NCBI GenBank assembly: GCA_040954595.2
Contig: CM082595.2
Location: forward strand, 457,690-521,689
Direction of reading: 5' to 3'
From: Balanoglossus misakiensis
Lineage: Eukaryota > Animalia > Hemichordata
DNA length: 64,000 nt
Numbering within the stretch: position 1 is the first letter of the stretch; each line of letters begins with the position of its first letter. The notes beneath the pieces were generated by a model. That model did no database searches, was not told where the DNA came from, and saw only the letters and a program-made list of their open reading frames with translations. Position numbers and translations under genes: made by a program. Positions 37,976-53,300 of this stretch are shown piece by piece.

Positions 37976-40900
37976 ATGGAGTCCGTGAAATCACTAAGAA
38001 GCAGTCCCAACACGACCTCAGCCAGGCATTTGTTTGAGTGCCTGACTCATCGATCCACCACTCATTGTCAAGATGCCTTTGTAGCGATGAATCGCATGAG
38101 GCAGCGAGGAGTTCTGTGTGACATCACTCTGAGAGTCGGCAACAGTACAATCACCGCGCACAAACTGGTGTTGGCATCGTGTAGTCCATATTTCCAAGCG
38201 ATGTTCACCAGTATGTATGACTTACAGCAATGATGGATTTGAACAGGATCACAACAAGTGCATACTGGGTGTACTTTTTGCCTACTGATACTCAACTGCT
38301 TCATCATCTGGAAAGGAAAATAGTTCACCAAGTTTTGTATAAATGCTCAATTGATCAAAAGTTTGGATTACTTTTCACTGAATGTATACCAGTGTCTTCT
38401 CTGAAGCAAGCATCTATCCAGGGTATTTTGAAAACATTATTTGACGTAATTTTTATTCAAGTTTACTTTTGTTTCCAGGCGATATGACAGAATGCCGGCA
38501 AGAAGAGATCACCATGCATGATGTTGATTGTCAAGCTTTGGAACTGCTAGTCCAGTTTGCATACACATCAGAAGTGACAGTCACTGAGAAAAATGTACAA
38601 GTGAGTAAAGGCAGTTAGGTTATGAAAATCATTTTTCAATGGTGATCTGAGCACTAGAATGAAAAACTAGATGTAAAACAAGCAAATTTACTGTGTTTTG
38701 AAACATCTCATTTTATTTCCCCACAGACCTTGTTACCTGCTGCAAGTCTATTGCAGTTACACACAGTACGTGATGCGTGCTGCAACTTTCTGATGGGACA
38801 GCTTGATCCAACCAACTGCCTTGGGATACGCCGGTTTGCGGACACCCATGGTTGCTATGAGTTACAGCAGATCTCGCACAAGTTTGCGTTGTTGAATTTC
38901 ACTGAAGTGGCTGCCTCTGAGGAATACATTCAACTTCCGAAACAAGAGGTAAAAATCTGTGATCTAAAACATTTCAAGAGATATTCACCTTTATTGATTT
39001 CAACTCTCTGTTATCTTTGCATGTATGTCATCTCTGTTATGCAAATGTTATTAATTGATTGTCTAATTCTGTTCTTAGATAATAGATCTGATTGGAAGTG
39101 ACCAATTGAATGTATCCAGCGAGGAAGTTGTCTTTCGAGCTGTCATTGCTTGGATTTCACATGACGTCACCTCAAGGGGCCAGTACACATCTCAGGTCAG
39201 TGATGATTACAGAAAACCACTATGAATTTAACAGATTGTTTGTTTTGAGATATGGGTAAATGGTCATTTCGAGTCGTGATTAAAATGGAACTCAGTTCTT
39301 TCTTGTAATTTCTTTCCAAAGCTTCTAAATTTTGTAAGACTACCACAACTCTCCAAGGAATTCCTAATGAACCAAGTGGAAAGTAACAACATTGTCCGGA
39401 ATTGTCCTGAGTGTAAAGATTTCCTGATAGAAGCCATGAAGTATCTTCTGTGTCCGGAACAACGTGCAATATTACAATCACCAAGGACCATGGAGAGACG
39501 ACCAGAAGGATTAACACCCATGCTTTTCTCAATTGGTTAGTGTGTGTTTAACCCTTTCACCACTTTGGTTTGGTCCAAATCCATTGTTTTCTATGGTAAC
39601 TTTAGACATCTATAGAGAGCAGAAAATGATCTAGACCCTTTATATTACAGGTGGTGGTAGTTTATTTGCAATACACAGTGAATGTGAGTGTTTCGATGCA
39701 GCAAAAGACAAATGGACTCCCATCGCATCCATGACAACAAGGAGAGCAAGACTTGGTGTTGGTGTCATTGCTGGTCTCATCTATGCCGTCGGAGGGTAGG
39801 TCTTATCCCTTTCACCGCTATGGTTCAGTCCAAAGCCATTGTTTCCCATGGTATAGTTGGACTTTTGAAGTGGGAACTGGGGGTGAACAGGTTAAACTAA
39901 CATGAGCTTCAAATGTAATCTCCCCTTTACTCTTCCAGCTATGACGGTACTAATGATTTGGCATCAGTTGAAGTGTTTTCATCATATACCAACACATGGT
40001 CCCCAGTTGAACCGTTAGGAACTCGTCGTAGCTGTGTCGGTGTGGGTGTCCTCAATGGATTGTTATATGCCATAGGTGGTTATGATGGTGCTTCATGTCT
40101 CAATAACTGTGAGAGATACGATCCGCTAACAAACACTTGGACGTCTATAGCACCAATGACTATCAGGAGAAGATATGTGAGAGTTGGAGTGGCTGGTAAG
40201 TTGTTTGTTAGTTTTATTTGGCAAAGACAATTTTCTGTGTGCAGTACATCACTGTAACAGTCACTACATTTGCCCAACTCATCCCCACACTTACAAAGTT
40301 GAGATGTTCTTAGTCTTTAAGCTCAAAATGCCATGTTACTGAGTAAGAGTAATCAATGAAAATTTCATTGTTTTTGTCCCAAACTGTATAGATGGATGTC
40401 TGTATGCAGTTGGTGGATACGATGGTTCAACTCATCTGTCAACAGTGGAGAAATACGACCCTGTTACAAATACATGGAGCAGTGTGGCGGGAATGTTGAG
40501 TCGTCGTAGCAGTGCAGGGGTGGCTGTGATTGATGGCATGCTGTATGTTGCCGGGGGAAACGATGGCTCGTCCTGTCTCAGCAGCATGGAAAGATACAAC
40601 TCTAATCTGAACCAGTGGGAACCGCTTCCATCTATGAATGTCAGAAGGTGAGGATATGGCAGCCATCTTGCAAACTTTGATTGACAACCACCATGAGTTA
40701 TCAAATATCAAAACCAATAATGAAAGTGATATACTATTCTGATTGCTTGTTATGTACTACTAAAACATTGTTGTGAATGATGTTGGTCATGTCAGTAATA
40801 CATTGGACTTTGATTGTCTTCACAGGAGCACACACGATGTTATTGTAATGGATGGGTATCTTTATGCGATCGGTGGGAATGATGGTAGCAGTAGTTTGAA

Positions 40901-41036
40901 CAGTGTGGAGAGATTTGATCCCAACACCAATAAATGGACAATGGTTGCTTCTATGTTGACTCGAAGAAGCAGTGTTGCAGTGGCTGTGGCTGATATACTG
41001 ACTGTGTCTATGTTGACAGCAGCAACTAGTGTATGA
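37976..41036 (+). CDS. KLHL17: Kelch-like protein 17 (actinfilin): BTB-BACK-6xKelch; multi-exon, with 5'UTR exons upstream
   Basis: [18 protein letters not shown]...[18 protein letters not shown]; [19 protein letters not shown]; [13 protein letters not shown]; [27 protein letters not shown]; [28 protein letters not shown]. These motifs match KLHL17 as I recall them. Confidence 0.88.
39803..39895. mobile_element. ~90-bp MITE family (TTAA-CCC termini, piggyBac-like); most complete copy
   Basis: TTATCCCTTTCACC...CCATTGTTT...GGGAACTGGGGGTGAACAGGTTAA. Related copies at about 4410-4460, 7810-7892, 14401-14460, 33900-33968, 36550-36618 and 39548-39620, all intronic. Confidence 0.7.
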
Positions 41037-43033
41037 TGTCAGTCATCAGAATATGTGTTTGATGTCAGCAAATGATGTGCACAAAGTCAGCTTATGTCAA
41101 GAAAGTCTGTGTCTCAATGAAGTCACCAAATATCAATGATGAGATTTTGTAATGTCATCAGATTATGGGATTGAACGTCAGTACTTTTGCAAACAACATC
41201 ATGACATCTTAAGAAATGTCTACATATCTGAATACATTTTTAAATATATATATTCTGTTTATGGATTTACAGTTTGTCCCTCCAACCATTTCAAACAATT
41301 TAAAATTGTCTTAATTTTAGTAGACTAAAGCATATTGTTATGTAATGAAAGTACATAGTGTTTAAGTTAAGGTATGTGAATTTATTTGTAAATTTTGAAA
41401 ACTTACAAAATATGCCTTGGGTGTGTTTATGTGTCAGTTTCTTTTTATGGAAAATTTGATAAAGAGCTGTTTCAGTCAGTACATAGTGCCGCTCATACCT
41501 TTGAATTTTCTGAAGCAGTGACTTTGTATAATTAAACAATCTCAATAAGTAGGAATTTTTTCAAACCTATCATGTCTTTGACCGTTTGATAGAAGAAATG
41601 TAGAAGTCTGTTTTACGACATGAAATGTTGAGTCAACCACAGACTTCAGAAACATATCAAGACAGCATATCCTGCTAAAAAATAACCTTTTTCTTACTGC
41701 CATCTCTATAAAGTACAGACTTTTTACAATATAAATGCTTTTGGATACAAACTATGTAGAATTTATACACTTTTTAAAATCCAACGATTGCATTTGTCAT
41801 TTTCAATGAAAATGTCCTCTGAAAGTATCTGATTGTTTACTTTGTGATATGGTACTCTTCTAATATTGGTTCAAAAATGAACTTTAAAAATGGGGAGTAA
41901 GCCGAATTTTTATATTGAAAGGAACAAGTGTGTTCAGACTTATTGTGTCAGTATTGTTTTGATAAAAAAATTGTGATCCTTGAGAAAGGTGAAATGTAAC
42001 TGAAATACACCGTTTGTTGACTGTTTGTTTGTCAGAAGTTTATTTACACTTTCTTATAAAGGCACCAATTAGGAATATTATTATATTTATATAAGTTTTT
42101 ATGTCCCTTTTTCCAGATAAACCATAGATGTATTCTTTGTAGCAGTTAAATTATTACATTTTGTAGCTGTATATTTGTGTACGTCTCTTGTGTTATCTAT
42201 TTTTTGCTCTGCCATTGCACAGAAATATCTTGCCCGTAACTAGGCTGCATTTATCGTTTCTGTGTGCTGTATGTTCTATTTTGTAGAGAGAATATATTTA
42301 TTCACACGTTATAGGCTGGTGCACTCATCACATGCACTTTTTAAATGACAACAAATATACCGGTACTGCGATATTTTAAAATGTCTTCAACTTTGACTTA
42401 TACTTTGTGCGGGGAAAGTTTTAAATTAAGAGTCACTGTGCAGTGCACAGACGACTGATGTACAGAGAGAAAGTTATACTGAAGATTTAAATGAATTATT
42501 CGGAGCAAAATCAAAGTTCAGGACCAGATACAGAATGTACTTGAAAGTGTTTATTATTCAAGCAAACTATCTAGAAATACAGTCTTCACATTTTGCCTTG
42601 ATTAATAGTGTAGGTTTTTTTTTCTCTTCAGTTTGTATTTTGAGTAAGTTATTGTGTAGTTTGATATACACTCTGAGAAAGAATAAAGCAATACTCTACA
42701 CTATATACAGTTTATGAAGTCTTTGGTGCGCATTTAACATGGCCCTGATTAAATAGTGTGAAATAAATAACAAATGAAAGCTATTCCAATTTTGGCATTA
42801 CACTTCGAAATGTTTCAATCTACAAAACAAATTACACAAGACATGATTTTGTCCCCAGGAAGGTGTCACCACTTCTTGTAAATAGACTGATGCTAACAGT
42901 TTATTCTCCACGGCGTAGTGTGGCAAATAATTGGAAGAGCTGTCAGTCCAAGGCTGTTCCATCATAATTGCACACTTAAAACCACCCGCTGTAAATGTCA
43001 CCTGTTCATAATTTAATCAGTCTAAAGTCTCAA

Positions 43034-45769
<2,736 letters not shown>

Positions 45770-46399
45770 CGTTCAATCGTTGAATCTTCTCTCAAAAAAC
45801 ACACACTAGTTCAGTTGCTCCGAATTCAGGTCCTCTTTGTTTATGTTCCGTATATTATAGCAGAATGTTGATTGCAACAATTTGACGCAAGGACTATCCT
45901 GGCCCAAGTCCAGGAAGTTGTCCTCAAATAACCTTATAAATGCAACGATCGGGCTTGCAACAGAAACGCCTATAAATGGAGTGTTATGGATACTGTTGAA
46001 TGGACTGGGCGCTGGGCAAGAGTTATCCCACCATATATATCCTTGCGTAAAACAACGACGGCACACTGAAACAAGTCGACCTTGTCTCCACGACATCTGA
46101 CAACAACCGGTGTCGGGTCGTGTCAAAGGTTAACTGGAATGATCCACTTCAAGCGTGGGAAAATTTCAGTTTTTCGATCAGTATGCCTCTCCTACAAATT
46201 AACGTCAAAAATATCTTAATTTCTCATTTCTGATGAGAATAATCCGTTTTGTATAATAAGGTTTACTGTAAGTTTTTTGTTTCGTTAATGCTCTAAAGAT
46301 AAGCGTTTCAACTACACCATCCGTGACCCCTGTGCAAAATAATCTAGTTCCACTTCCTTTCGAAGCTTCGTGTCATTTTTTCGTCGTTGAGGGTGCTAC

Positions 46400-46593
46400 A
46401 AAAATGATTGTCAATCATGCAGTGGGCGTATCCAACCTACACAAGCTTACTCGTGATTGGCCAATACAATCATGATAAAATATATGAAGTTATGAACGCA
46501 CCATTTAAGGTGTTTTTTTATGAATTATTCATTTTCTATCGGGTATAAAAACTATTGCGCAAGTCATTTGGCACTTGCCGCTCGTCTTCTTCT
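46400..46593 (+). promoter_or_regulatory. Pol II promoter and ~21-nt first exon, divergent from OTUD3
   Basis: ATTGGCCAAT at 46456-46465, TATAAAA at 46544-46550, Inr-like GCACTT about 29 nt downstream, consensus donor TCT|GTAAGTA at 46594. Confidence 0.65.
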
Positions 46594-47542
46594 GTAAGTA
46601 TATGTATTTTAGTCTAATTCTATTTTTGGGGGATTTTATACTCGTTGGTTCTGGAAACCTCGTATGAAATTGTTACCAGTGAGTGCTACAGACTCACTCT
46701 TTAACATGTTTAGTCAGCGTTGACGGGAGCACTTTGCAAAAATTGAAGAGTTTCCAAACTTTGTCGCGTGAAGTCAGATGTCGTCTGCGTCCAAAAATGT
46801 GCATAGCTCTCCCGTTTTGTTCCAAAACAGCAACAGTCGTTCATTTTTTCAAAATATAAAGCGAGGTAAAAAAGCAGTGTCTACAATATAACCCTAGAAT
46901 GTAAATGTGGTTTTATTTGTAAAAATTTCGTCCATTATTTTTGAAATCAAAACATTTTCATTATATTGTTATCGACTTCGAGAAATGTCGCGCACGTGGT
47001 CGTCGCGTCGGTTGTCTGCTTCCAAATCGTGATCCTCCCGCTTGGCCACAAACCAATAACCGCAATTTTCAACCCAGAATGAAAAATGTGGTTTTATTTA
47101 TAAAGTTTCCGAAGATCGTTCTTGAATTCAAAACATTTGTATAAATTCAACTTTCAAGATTTAGTGATTTTTAAAGTTAGTGCTGCGACATACGGTCCTG
47201 TTTATCGGGGTCGTGTGTTACTTTACTGGCCATTTGTCGGATTCGAACCACGGTACATCACGGCCACTTATGTTTGAATTTCATTTTCAACATTTCTAGT
47301 ATTTCAATATTTAAGCGTTCGCCTTTTATTTTAGTCATTTCAGGTCTACCGAAATTGAAATACCAAGGCCTTATCGGGAAAAAAGATGGCGCCAACTTGA
47401 GAAGCAACTCTCGGCGGTGATGACGTCATGATCTCTGCATATGGGTTTCAACCAATCAGAGGTAGGCAACTAAATGTGACATAATTCGATCTTCTGATTG
47501 GTCCACAGTTTTAATTACAAGTAGAAGTCGCATTGAGGCTTT

Positions 47543-49134
47543 GGAGATTAGGAAAGTGTGTTGGGTTAATCATGGGTAAAATATTAAAAATGGGTTATAC
47601 AAAATGTGTAAATAAGCTTTCCCTTCTCCCAAAGGAGATTAGGAAAATGTGTTGGGTTGATCATGGGTAAAACATTAAAAATGGGTTATATAAAATGTGT
47701 AAACAAACTTTCCCTTCTCCCAAAGGAGATTAGGAAAGTGTGTTGGGTTAATCATGGGTAAAATATTAAAAATGGGTTATATAAAATGTGTAAATAACTT
47801 TCCCTTCTCCCAAAGGAGATTAGGAAAGTGTGTTGGGTTAATCATGGGTAAAATATTAAAAATGGGTTATGTAAAATGTGTAAATAAACTTTCCCTTCTT
47901 CCAGTGGAGATTAGGAAAGTTAAGAATGGGTAAAATATTAAACATGGGTTATATAAAATGTGTAAATAAACTTTCCCTTCTCCCAGTGGAGATTAGGAAA
48001 GTTAAGAATGGGTAAAATATTAAAAATGGGTTATATAAAATGTGTAAATAAACTTTCCCTTCTCACAAAGGAGATTAGGAAAGTGTGTTGGGTTAATCAT
48101 GGGTAAAATATTAATAATGGGTAATATAAAATGTGTAAATAAACTTTCCCTTCTCCCAAAGGAGATTAGGAAAGTGTGTTGGGTTAATCATTGGTAAAAT
48201 ATTAATAATGGGTAATATAAAATGTGTAAATAAACTTTCCCTTCTCCCAAAGGAGATTAGGAAAGTGTGTTGGGTTAATCATGGGTAAAATATTAAAAAT
48301 GGGTTATATAAAATGTATAAAGAACTTTCCCTTCTCCCAAAGGAGATTAGGAAAGTGTGTTGGGTTAATCATGGGTAAAATATTAATAATGGGTAATATA
48401 AAATGTGTAAATAAACTTTCCCTTCTCCCAAAGGAGATTAAGAAAGTGTGTTGGGTTAATCATGGGTAAAATATTAATAATGGGTAATATAAAATGTGTA
48501 AATAAACTTTCCCTTCTCCCAAAGGAGATTAGGAAAGTGTGTTGGGTTAATCATGGGTAAAATATTAATAATGGGTAATATAAAATGTGTAAATAAACTT
48601 TCCCTTCTCCCAGTGGAGATTAGGAAAGTTAAGAATGGGTAAAATGTTAAACATGGGTTATATAAAATGTGTAAATAAACTTTCCCTTCTCCCAGTGGAG
48701 ATTAGGAAAGTTAAGAATGGGTAAAATATTAAAAATGGGTTATATAAAATGTGCAAATAAACTTTCCCTTCTCCCAAAGGAGATTAGGAAAGTGTGTTGG
48801 GTTAATAATGGGTAAAATATTAAAAATGGGTTATATAAAATGTGTAAATAAACTTTCCCTTCTCCCAAAGGAGATTAGGAAAGTTAAGAATTGGTAAAAT
48901 ATTAAAAATGGGTTATATAAAATGTGTAAATAAAGTTTGGTTAAGAATGGGTAAAATATTAAAAACGGGTTATATAAAATGTGCAAATAACTTTCCTTTC
49001 TCCCAAAGGAGATTAGGAAAGTGTGTTGGGTTAATAATGGGTAAAATATTAAAAATGGGTTGTATAAAATGTGTAAATAAACTCTCCCTTCTCCCAAAGG
49101 AGATTAGTAAAATGTTTTTGGTTAATAATGGGTA
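47543..49134 (+). repeat. Tandem array of ~18 x 91-bp units (some shorter deletion variants)
   Basis: Unit GGAGATTAGGAAAGTGTGTTGGGTTAATCATGGGTAAAATATTAAAAATGGGTTATATAAAATGTGTAAATAAACTTTCCCTTCTCCCAAA; period 47543 to 47634. Confidence 0.97.
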
Positions 49135-49250
49135 TGATGGTTGGAATATTGGCTATGTATGTTGCTGATTGTATACAGGTTTTCTCTATGAATGAGCCAG
49201 CAAATAGTTTAACAAGTTATCTATTCTTCATTACAGGTATAAGTAGATTA

Positions 49251-50372
49251 CTAGTATTTCTTAGAGTCATTTCAGGTACTGGAAGTTTGAAGATGGGAGA
49301 AGCAAAGCAGAATTAGGGTCTGTAATTTAACTTGATTAATCGTTGGAGCTCTCCGGAAGCCCAGAGCTTCCGGACAGCTCCAACGATTCGGTATTCATTA
49401 AAAGTGACCGCGGATGATACAGTTGAAATGCTGAGCTAACAGCTCCAAAGACTTTGATGCCTGTGAAATCTATTAACCATATCTCTAGTATTCCTAGTCT
49501 TTTTAGAGTCATTTCAGGTGCTAGAAGTTTGAAGATAGAAGTTTGTCAAGACCATGCAGGAGCGGCTAGCAGAATTGGGGTCTGTAATTTAACTTGATTA
49601 ATCGTTGGAGCTCTCTGGAAGCCCAGAGCTTCCGGACAACTCCAACGATTCGGTATTCATTAAAAGTGACCACGGATGATACAGTTGAAATGCTGAGCTA
49701 ACAGCTCCAAAGACTTTGATGCCTGTGAAATCTATTAACCATATCTCTAGTATTCCTAGTCTTTTTAGAGTCATTTCAGGTGCTAGAAGTTTGAAGATAG
49801 AAGTTTGTCAAGACCATGCAGGAGCGGCTAGCAGAATTGGGGTCTGTAATTTAACTTGATTAATCGTTGGAGCTCTCCGGAAGCCCAGAGCTTCCGGACA
49901 ACTCCAACGATTCGGTATTCATTAAAAGTGACAGCGGATGATACAGTTGAAATGCTGAGCTAACAGCTCCAAAGACTTTGATGCCTGTGAAATCTATTAA
50001 CCATATCTCTAGTATTTCTAGTCTTTTTAGAGTCATTTCAGGTGCTAGAAGTTTGAAGATAGAAGTTTGTCAAGACCATGCAGGAGCGGCTAGCAGAATT
50101 GGGGTCTGTAATTTAACTTGATTAATCGTTGGAGCTCTCCGGAAGCCCAGAGCTTCCGGACAGTTCCAACGATTCGGTATTCATTAAAAGTGACCACGGA
50201 TGATACAGTTGAAATGCTGAGCTAACAGCTCCAAAGACTTTGATGCCTGTGAAATCTATTAACCATATCTCTAGTATTTCTAGTCTTTTTAGAGTCATTT
50301 CAGGTGCTAGAAGTTTGAAGATAGAAGTTTGTCAAGACCATGCAGGAGCGGCTAGCAGAATTGGGGTCTGTA
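49251..50372 (+). repeat. Tandem array of ~4.3 x 262-bp units, each with a 23-bp hairpin
   Basis: GCAGAATT recurs at 49307, 49569, 49831, 50093 and 50355. Confidence 0.97.
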
Positions 50373-50375
50373 TAC

Positions 50376-53300
50376 GTGTCCTAGTGACGCCTCTGCTTCG
50401 GACTGGGTTGTGTCCTAGTGACGCCCCTGCTTCGGACTGGGTTGTGTCCTAGTGACGCCTCTGCTTCGGACAGGGTTGTGTCCTAGTGACGCCCCTGCTT
50501 CGGACTGGGTTGTGTCCTATAGTGACGCCTCTGCTTCGGACTGGGTTGTGTCCTAGTGACGCCCCTGCTTCGGACTGGGTTGTGTCCTAGTGACGCCTCT
50601 GCTTCGGACAGGGTTGTGTCCTAGTGACGCCCCTGCTTCGGACTGGGTTGTGTCCTAGTGACGCCTCTGCTTCGGACTGGGTTGTGTCCTAGTGACGCCT
50701 CTGCTTCGGACAGGGTTGTGTCCTAGTGACGCCCCTGCTTCGGACTGGGTTGTGTCCTAGTGACGCCTCTGCTTCGGACTGGGTTGTGTCCTAGTGACGC
50801 CTCTGCTTCGGACTGGGTTGTGTCCTATAGTGACGCCTCTGCTTAGGACTGGGTTGTGTCCTAGTGACGCCTCTGCTTCGGACAGGGTTGTGTCCTAGTG
50901 ACGCCTCTGCTTCGGACTGGGTTGTGTCCTAGTGACGCCTCTGCTTCGGACAGGGTTGTGTCCTAGTGTATAATAATAAATTTTACTAGATTGTAATCAC
51001 ATAATTAATACTACATTAGTAAGAATTATAATACTGCCAAGTGAATACCAGATGTGATAAACTAAAATTTAAATGGTAATTGCATAATTACTGCTATATG
51101 ATTAATAGGATTTATAATACATAATAACTGACAGAATTAAAGTGACGCCTCTGCTTCGGACTGGGTTGTGTCCTAGTGACGCCTCTGCTTCGTACTGGGT
51201 TGTGTCCTAGTGACGCCTCTGCTTCGGACTGGGTTGTGTCCTAGTGACGCCTCTGCTTCGGACTGGGTTGTGTCCTAGTGTACGCCTCTGCTTCGGACTG
51301 GGTTGTGTCCTAGTGACGCCTCTGCTTCGGACAGGGTTGTGTCCTAGTGACGCCTCTGCTTAGGACTGGGTTGTGTCCTAGTGACGCCTCTGCTTCGGAC
51401 AGGGTTGTGTCCTAGTGACGCCTCTGCTTCGTACAGGGTTGTGTCCTAGTGACGCCCCTGCTTCGGACAGGGTTGTGTCCTAGTGACGCCCCTGCTTCGG
51501 ACTGGGTTGTGTCCTAGTGACGCCTCTGCTTCGGACAGGGTTGTGTCCTAGTGACGCCTCTGCTTCGTACAGGGTTGTGTCCTAGTGACGCCCCTGCTTC
51601 GGACTGGGTTGTGTCCTAGTGACGCCTCTGCTTCGGACAGGGTTGTGTCCTAGTGTATAATAATAAATTTTACTAGATTGTAATCACATAATTAATACTA
51701 CATTAGTAAGAATTATAATACTGCCAAGTGAATACCAGATGTGATAAACTAAAATTTAAATGGTAATTGCATAATTACTGCTATATGATTAATAGGATTT
51801 ATAATACATAATAACTGACAGAATTAAAGTGACGCCTCTGCTTCGGACTGGGTTGTGTCCTAGTGACGCCTCTGCTTCGGACTGGGTTGTGTCCTAGTGA
51901 CGCCTCTGCTTCGGACTGGGTTGTGTCCTAGTGACGCCTCTGCTTCGGACTGGGTTGTGTCCTAGTGTACGCCTCTGCTTCGGACAGGGTTGTGTCCTAG
52001 TGACGCCCCTGCTTCGGACTGGGTTGTGTCCTAGTGACGCCTCTGCTTCGGACAGGGTTGTGTCCTAGTGTATAATAATAAATTTTAATAGATTGTAATC
52101 ACATAATTAATACTACATTAGTAAGAATTATAATACTGCCAAGTGAATACCAGATGTGATAAACTAAAATTTAAATGGTAATTGCATAATTACTGCTATA
52201 TGATTAATAGGATTTATAATACATAATAACTGACAGAATTAAAGTGACGCCTCTGCTTCGGACTGGGTTGTGTCCTAGTGACGCCTCTGCTTCGGACTTG
52301 GTTGTGTCCTAGTGACGCCTCTGCTTCGGACAGGGTTGTGTCCTAGTGACGCCCCTGCTTCGGACTGGGTTGTGTCCTAGTGACGCCTCTGCTTCGGACA
52401 GGGTTGTGTCCTAGTGTATAATAATAAATTTTAATAGATTGTAATCACATAATTAATACTACATTAGTAAGAATTATAATACTGCCAAGTGAATACCAGA
52501 TGTGATAAACTAAAATTTAAATGGTAATTGCATAATTACTGCTATATGATTAATAGGATTTATAATACATAATAACTGACAGAATTAAAGTGACGCCTCT
52601 GCTTCGGACTGGGTTGTGTCCTAGTGACGCCCCTGCTTCGGACTGGGTTGTGTCCTAGTGACGCCTCTGCTTCGGACAGGGTTGTGTCCTAGTGACGCCC
52701 CTGCTTCGGACTGGGTTGTGTCCTAGTGACGCCTCTGCTTCGGACTGGGTTGTGTCCTAGTGACGCCCCTGCTTCGGACAGGGTTGTGTCCTAGTGACGC
52801 CTCTGCTTCGGACTGGGTTGTGTCCTAGTGACGCCTCTGCTTCGGACAGGGTTGTGTCCTAGTGACGCCTCTGCTTCGTACAGGGTTGTGTCCTAGTGAC
52901 GCCCCTGCTTCGGACAGGGTTGTGTCCTAGTGACGCCCCTGCTTCGGACTGGGTTGTGTCCTAGTGACGCCTCTGCTTCGGACAGGGTTGTGTCCTAGTG
53001 ACGCCTCTGCTTCGTACAGGGTTGTGTCCTAGTGACGCCCCTGCTTCGGACTGGGTTGTGTCCTAGTGACGCCTCTGCTTCGGACAGGGTTGTGTCCTAG
53101 TGTATAATAATAAATTTTACTAGATTGTAATCACATAATTAATACTACATTAGTAAGAATTATAATACTGCCAAGTGAATACCAGATGTGATAAACTAAA
53201 ATTTAAATGGTAATTGCATAATTACTGCTATATGATTAATAGGATTTATAATACATAATAACTGACAGAATTAAAGTGACGCCTCTGCTTCGGACTGGGT

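Noticed and set aside
46355-46372. Heat-shock element upstream of the putative lncRNA promoter
   Set aside because: Only two correctly phased nGAAn units (GAAGCTTC); three are normally needed, so heat inducibility is not supported by sequence alone.
47543-49134. Interstitial telomeric repeat (TTAGG/GGGTTA words)
   Set aside because: Only isolated words within a 91-bp unit; no tandem TTAGGG runs.
48281-50452. Short ORFs within the 91-bp and 262-bp arrays
   Set aside because: Unit lengths are not multiples of three, stops are frequent and no protein motif is recognisable.
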